Shown here: positions 61,168-64,000 of the stretch, piece after piece
Layout: every line of letters starts with the position of its first letter
Numbering within the stretch: position 1 is the first letter of the stretch
Assembly (NCBI RefSeq): GCF_036721295.1
Contig: NZ_DAIMLK010000014.1
Length of the DNA: 64,000 nucleotides
Reading direction: 5' to 3' (one strand)
Origin: Sphingorhabdus sp.
Lineage (GTDB): Bacteria > Pseudomonadota > Alphaproteobacteria > Sphingomonadales > Sphingomonadaceae
Notes under the pieces: model-generated
The model's database searches: none
Seen by the model: only the letters and a program-made list of their open reading frames with translations
What the model was told of the DNA's origin: nothing
Made by a program: the position numbers and the translations under genes

Positions 61168-63345
61168 ATGAGCTTGCCCAATAACCGCGTCCGTATTGTC
61201 TTGTTGACACAAGCAATTGGTCCGCTCGATTATCGGCTGCCCGATGATATGGTCGCAGAACCGGGCAGTGTGGTGATGGTGCCGCTTGGCCCGCGCAAAT
61301 TGCCGGGCGTCATTTGGGATGACGATGTTTTCGGCGATGAAGCGGTTGATGCCAGCAAGTTGCGCGCGGTGCTTGAACTGGTGGAGTGTCCGCCACTGGG
61401 TCGGGGCTTGCGTCGCCTGATAAACTGGGTCGCGGATTATTATCTCACGAGCCATGCGGCGGTCTTGCGCATAGTATTGTCGTCTTCGGCTGCGTTTACG
61501 GCGACGGGAACCATTATCGAATATCGCCGCACAGGTTTCGAGCCTGCGCGGTTGACACCGCAACGCGCCGCTGCCCTCGATGCGCTAGAGGGCGCGCAAG
61601 GTCTTGTGCGCGAACTCGCCACAGAAGCTGGGGTCAGCGACGCCGTCATTCGCGGGCTCATCAAAGCAGGGGCGTTTGAACCGGTTACCATCAGCGTCGA
61701 TCCGCCGTTGCCTGAACCGCTTGCGGACTTTGCCACGCCCAAATTGAACGATGCGCAGCAACTGGCCGCAAACAGCATGGTCAATGCAGTGCGCGCGAGT
61801 GGCTTTGATACCTTCGTGCTGGATGGCGTCACGGGATCAGGCAAAACCGAAACCTATTTTGAGGCGGTGGCTGAGGCGATACGGCTGGGCAAGCAGGTTC
61901 TTGTTCTACTTCCGGAAATCGCGCTGACCGCGCCGTTCCTTGCCCGCTTCGAAGCCCGCTTTGGCGTCGAGCCAGCGGTCTGGCACAGCAACCTTCGCTC
62001 CACACAGCGCCGCCGTGTCTGGCGTGCGGTCGCCGATGGCAGCGCGAAGGTGTTGGTGGGCGCGCGCTCTGCGCTTTTCCTGCCCTTTGCCAATTTGCGG
62101 CTAATTATCGTCGATGAAGCGCATGAGACCAGCTTTAAACAGGAAGATGGCGTGCGCTATCATGCTCGCGACGTTGCCGTCATGCGTGGCCATTTTGAAG
62201 GATTCCCGGTGGTGTTGGCATCGGCAACACCAGCGTTGGAATCGCGGCATATGGTGGCCATTGGCCGCTATAAGGGTCTTGAAATTCCGTCGCGTTTTGG
62301 CGCGGCCAAGATGCCGGAGATCAAGGCGATTGACCTCACGCTTGACGCGCCGGACGCACAGCATTGGATTGCGCCTACCTTGCTCAAGGCGCTGGCAGAA
62401 CGCGTCGAGCGTGGAGAACAGAGCCTTTTATTCCTCAACCGGCGTGGCTATGCGCCTTTGACCTTGTGCCGGACCTGTGGCCACCGGTTCCAATGCCCGA
62501 ACTGCACAAGCTGGATGGTAGAACACCGCCTCGTTCGGCGGCTTGCCTGCCACCATTGCGGCCATGTCATGCCGCCGCCGGAGGAATGTCCGGAATGCGG
62601 CGAAAGCGATACTCTGGTTGCCTGCGGTCCCGGTGTTGAACGTATCAGTGACGAGGTGAACCGCCTGCTGCCCCATGCGCGGACCATCGTTGCGACATCG
62701 GACACCTTATGGTCGCCAGAAAAAGCTGCGGAGTTTGTGTCGCGTGTCGAGAACAAGGCGGTGGACATCATCATCGGTACGCAATTGGTGACGAAGGGCT
62801 ATCATTTTCCCGAACTGACTTTGGTCGGGGTGATCGACGCCGATCTGGGGCTTGAGGGCGGGGATTTGCGGGCCGCCGAACGCACCTTCCAACAAATTGC
62901 GCAGGCTGCTGGCCGGGCAGGACGCGGTGAAAAGCCGGGCGAGGTCTTTATCCAGACACGTAACCCCAATCATCCCGTCATTGCCGCTTTGGTCGCTGGT
63001 GACCGCGATGCATTTTATGATGCTGAGACCGATCAACGCAAATCTGCCGGTGCGCCGCCGTTCGGACGTTTCGCAGCCATCATTATTTCGTCGGAAGATG
63101 AACGCGAAGCCATTGAGGCCGCGCGCGCCGTGGGCGGCTCCGCGCCGCAGGTGGACGGCATGCATGTTTATGGACCTGCGCCAGCGCCCCTCGCCATGCT
63201 GCGTGGCCGCTATCGACAGCGCCTTTTAGTGCATGCACAGCGCTCCGTCGAGGTGCAGACTATCATCCGTGAATGGCTTGGCGGCCTGCAATTTCCACGT
63301 GGTGTGCGGGTTGGAATCGACGTCGATCCTTACAGTTTCCTGTAA
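61168..63345 (+). CDS. priA: Primosomal protein N' (replication restart helicase)
   Basis: The start was chosen at 61168 (MSLPNN...). It has Walker A GVTGSGKTE, a DEAH-type box IIVDEAHE, and a Cys-rich zinc region CRTCGHRFQCPNC...CHHCGH...CPECG. Confidence 0.9.
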   Translation: MSLPNNRVRIVLLTQAIGPLDYRLPDDMVAEPGSVVMVPLGPRKLPGVIWDDDVFGDEAVDASKLRAVLELVECPPLGRGLRRLINWVADYYLTSHAAVLRIVLSSSAAFTATGTIIEYRRTGFEPARLTPQRAAALDALEGAQGLVRELATEAGVSDAVIRGLIKAGAFEPVTISVDPPLPEPLADFATPKLNDAQQLAANSMVNAVRASGFDTFVLDGVTGSGKTETYFEAVAEAIRLGKQVLVLLPEIALTAPFLARFEARFGVEPAVWHSNLRSTQRRRVWRAVADGSAKVLVGARSALFLPFANLRLIIVDEAHETSFKQEDGVRYHARDVAVMRGHFEGFPVVLASATPALESRHMVAIGRYKGLEIPSRFGAAKMPEIKAIDLTLDAPDAQHWIAPTLLKALAERVERGEQSLLFLNRRGYAPLTLCRTCGHRFQCPNCTSWMVEHRLVRRLACHHCGHVMPPPEECPECGESDTLVACGPGVERISDEVNRLLPHARTIVATSDTLWSPEKAAEFVSRVENKAVDIIIGTQLVTKGYHFPELTLVGVIDADLGLEGGDLRAAERTFQQIAQAAGRAGRGEKPGEVFIQTRNPNHPVIAALVAGDRDAFYDAETDQRKSAGAPPFGRFAAIIISSEDEREAIEAARAVGGSAPQVDGMHVYGPAPAPLAMLRGRYRQRLLVHAQRSVEVQTIIREWLGGLQFPRGVRVGIDVDPYSFL

Positions 63346-63428
63346 TATGGCGTTCGAAACTTAAATAGCGGATTTACCCGCAGCTTCTAATGTTGCATCG
63401 AGCCCTTAAAATATTGGGGGAGGACGAG

Positions 63429-64000
63429 ATGCATAAAATTTTATGGGCGGTGTTATTGAGCACTGCATCGGCAACAAGCGCATTTGCGCAAGACGCAAAG
63501 CCAGCATCTGATGCGACCGTTGCCGCGCAACGCAGCGTTGCGGCGCAGCTTCCCGCCGAAGATGGTCGTGACCTCGATTTTGCCGACAGGGGCTTTATTG
63601 GCACTTTGTCCGACCCCATCATCACCAACAAGGATGGCAAGCCTGTCTGGAACCTCGGCGCTTATGACTGGATGGTCGACGGCCAATCACCCGATACGGT
63701 GAACCCAAGCCTGTGGCGGCATATGGGCCTGTTGCGTAAACATGGGCTCTATGCGTTGTCGGATAATGTCTGGCAAGTGCGTGGCTTTGATGTGTCGAAT
63801 ATGACGGTCATAAAAGGCCAAACGGGTTGGATCATCATCGACCCGCTGACCAGCCGGGATACAGCAGCAGCGGCGCTGAAGCTGGTGAATGAGAAGCTGG
63901 GCGTACGGCCAGTGACTGCGGTAATTTACAGCCATAGCCATGGCGACCATTTTGGCGGCGTGCGCGGAATAATCAATGAGGCCGACGTAAAAGCAGGCAA
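63429..64000 (+). CDS. Alkyl/aryl-sulfatase-like MBL-fold protein (SdsA1/YjcS type), 5' part only
   Basis: This gene is not in the ORF track because it runs off the window. The ATG at 63429 follows GGAGGA (63419-63424) and the frame stays open to the end. My translation gives a signal peptide (MHKILWAVLLSTASATSAFA), then VNPSLWRH, GFDVSNMTVIKGQTGWIIIDPL and YSHSHGDHFGG. Confidence 0.8.
   Translation, partial: MHKILWAVLLSTASATSAFAQDAKPASDATVAAQRSVAAQLPAEDGRDLDFADRGFIGTLSDPIITNKDGKPVWNLGAYDWMVDGQSPDTVNPSLWRHMGLLRKHGLYALSDNVWQVRGFDVSNMTVIKGQTGWIIIDPLTSRDTAAAALKLVNEKLGVRPVTAVIYSHSHGDHFGGVRGIINEADVKAG

Noticed and set aside
1-64000. CRISPR arrays, IS elements/transposases, integrases, rRNA genes, toxin-antitoxin pairs or known defence systems.
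   Set aside because: I found no regularly spaced direct repeats, no transposase- or recombinase-like ORFs, and no characteristic defence-gene motifs in the ORF set or in the intergenic regions I read.

Overview
This 64-kb window is chromosomal DNA that looks like a Sphingomonadales-type alphaproteobacterium. That assignment is an inference from gene content, the lnt-metK-trmB and Mla/Mce synteny, a TonB-dependent receptor and the 'CGTCACCC...' hairpin repeats; GC looks mid-50s % by eye.

About 60 protein genes are tightly packed on both strands and most are housekeeping:
- LytS/LytTR two-component pair, trmB, metK, lnt, roxA, rluE, an OmpA-like porin, glnD and lgt.
- A 4-gene Mla/Mce-type lipid ABC operon, a DASS transporter, pgeF, ltaE, a CrtI-like oxidoreductase and tRNA-Thr(GGU).
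- pyrD, ggt, two acyl-CoA ligases, tlyA, sppA, ppa, hisS and prfA.
- nadA, a class A PBP, nadC, folE, tal, priA and a 5'-partial alkyl-sulfatase-like gene at the right edge.

The most interesting content is a compact, translationally coupled operon at 41584-46587 on the minus strand. It encodes a YihQ-type sulfoquinovosidase, a LacI regulator, an aldo-keto reductase and an SsuD-like flavin monooxygenase, and sits divergent from a TonB-dependent receptor (46802-49195). This reads as a variant of the oxidative desulfurising sulfoquinovose (sulfo-ASMO) pathway. It has an outer-membrane receptor where the known cluster has an ABC importer, and no linked flavin reductase.

Other notable items:
- A decayed gene-transfer-agent/phage packaging remnant (TerS-like gene, 53-codon TerL stub, DUF2793 gene) at 8.9-10.1 kb.
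- An orphan structured-RNA/micropeptide locus with a 15-nt anti-16S Shine-Dalgarno at 35.77-35.95 kb.
- An EcfG-type stress promoter in front of the OmpA-like gene.
- Two loci of REP-like hairpin repeats, one pair showing compensatory stem changes.

I saw no CRISPR array, IS element, integrase or rRNA.
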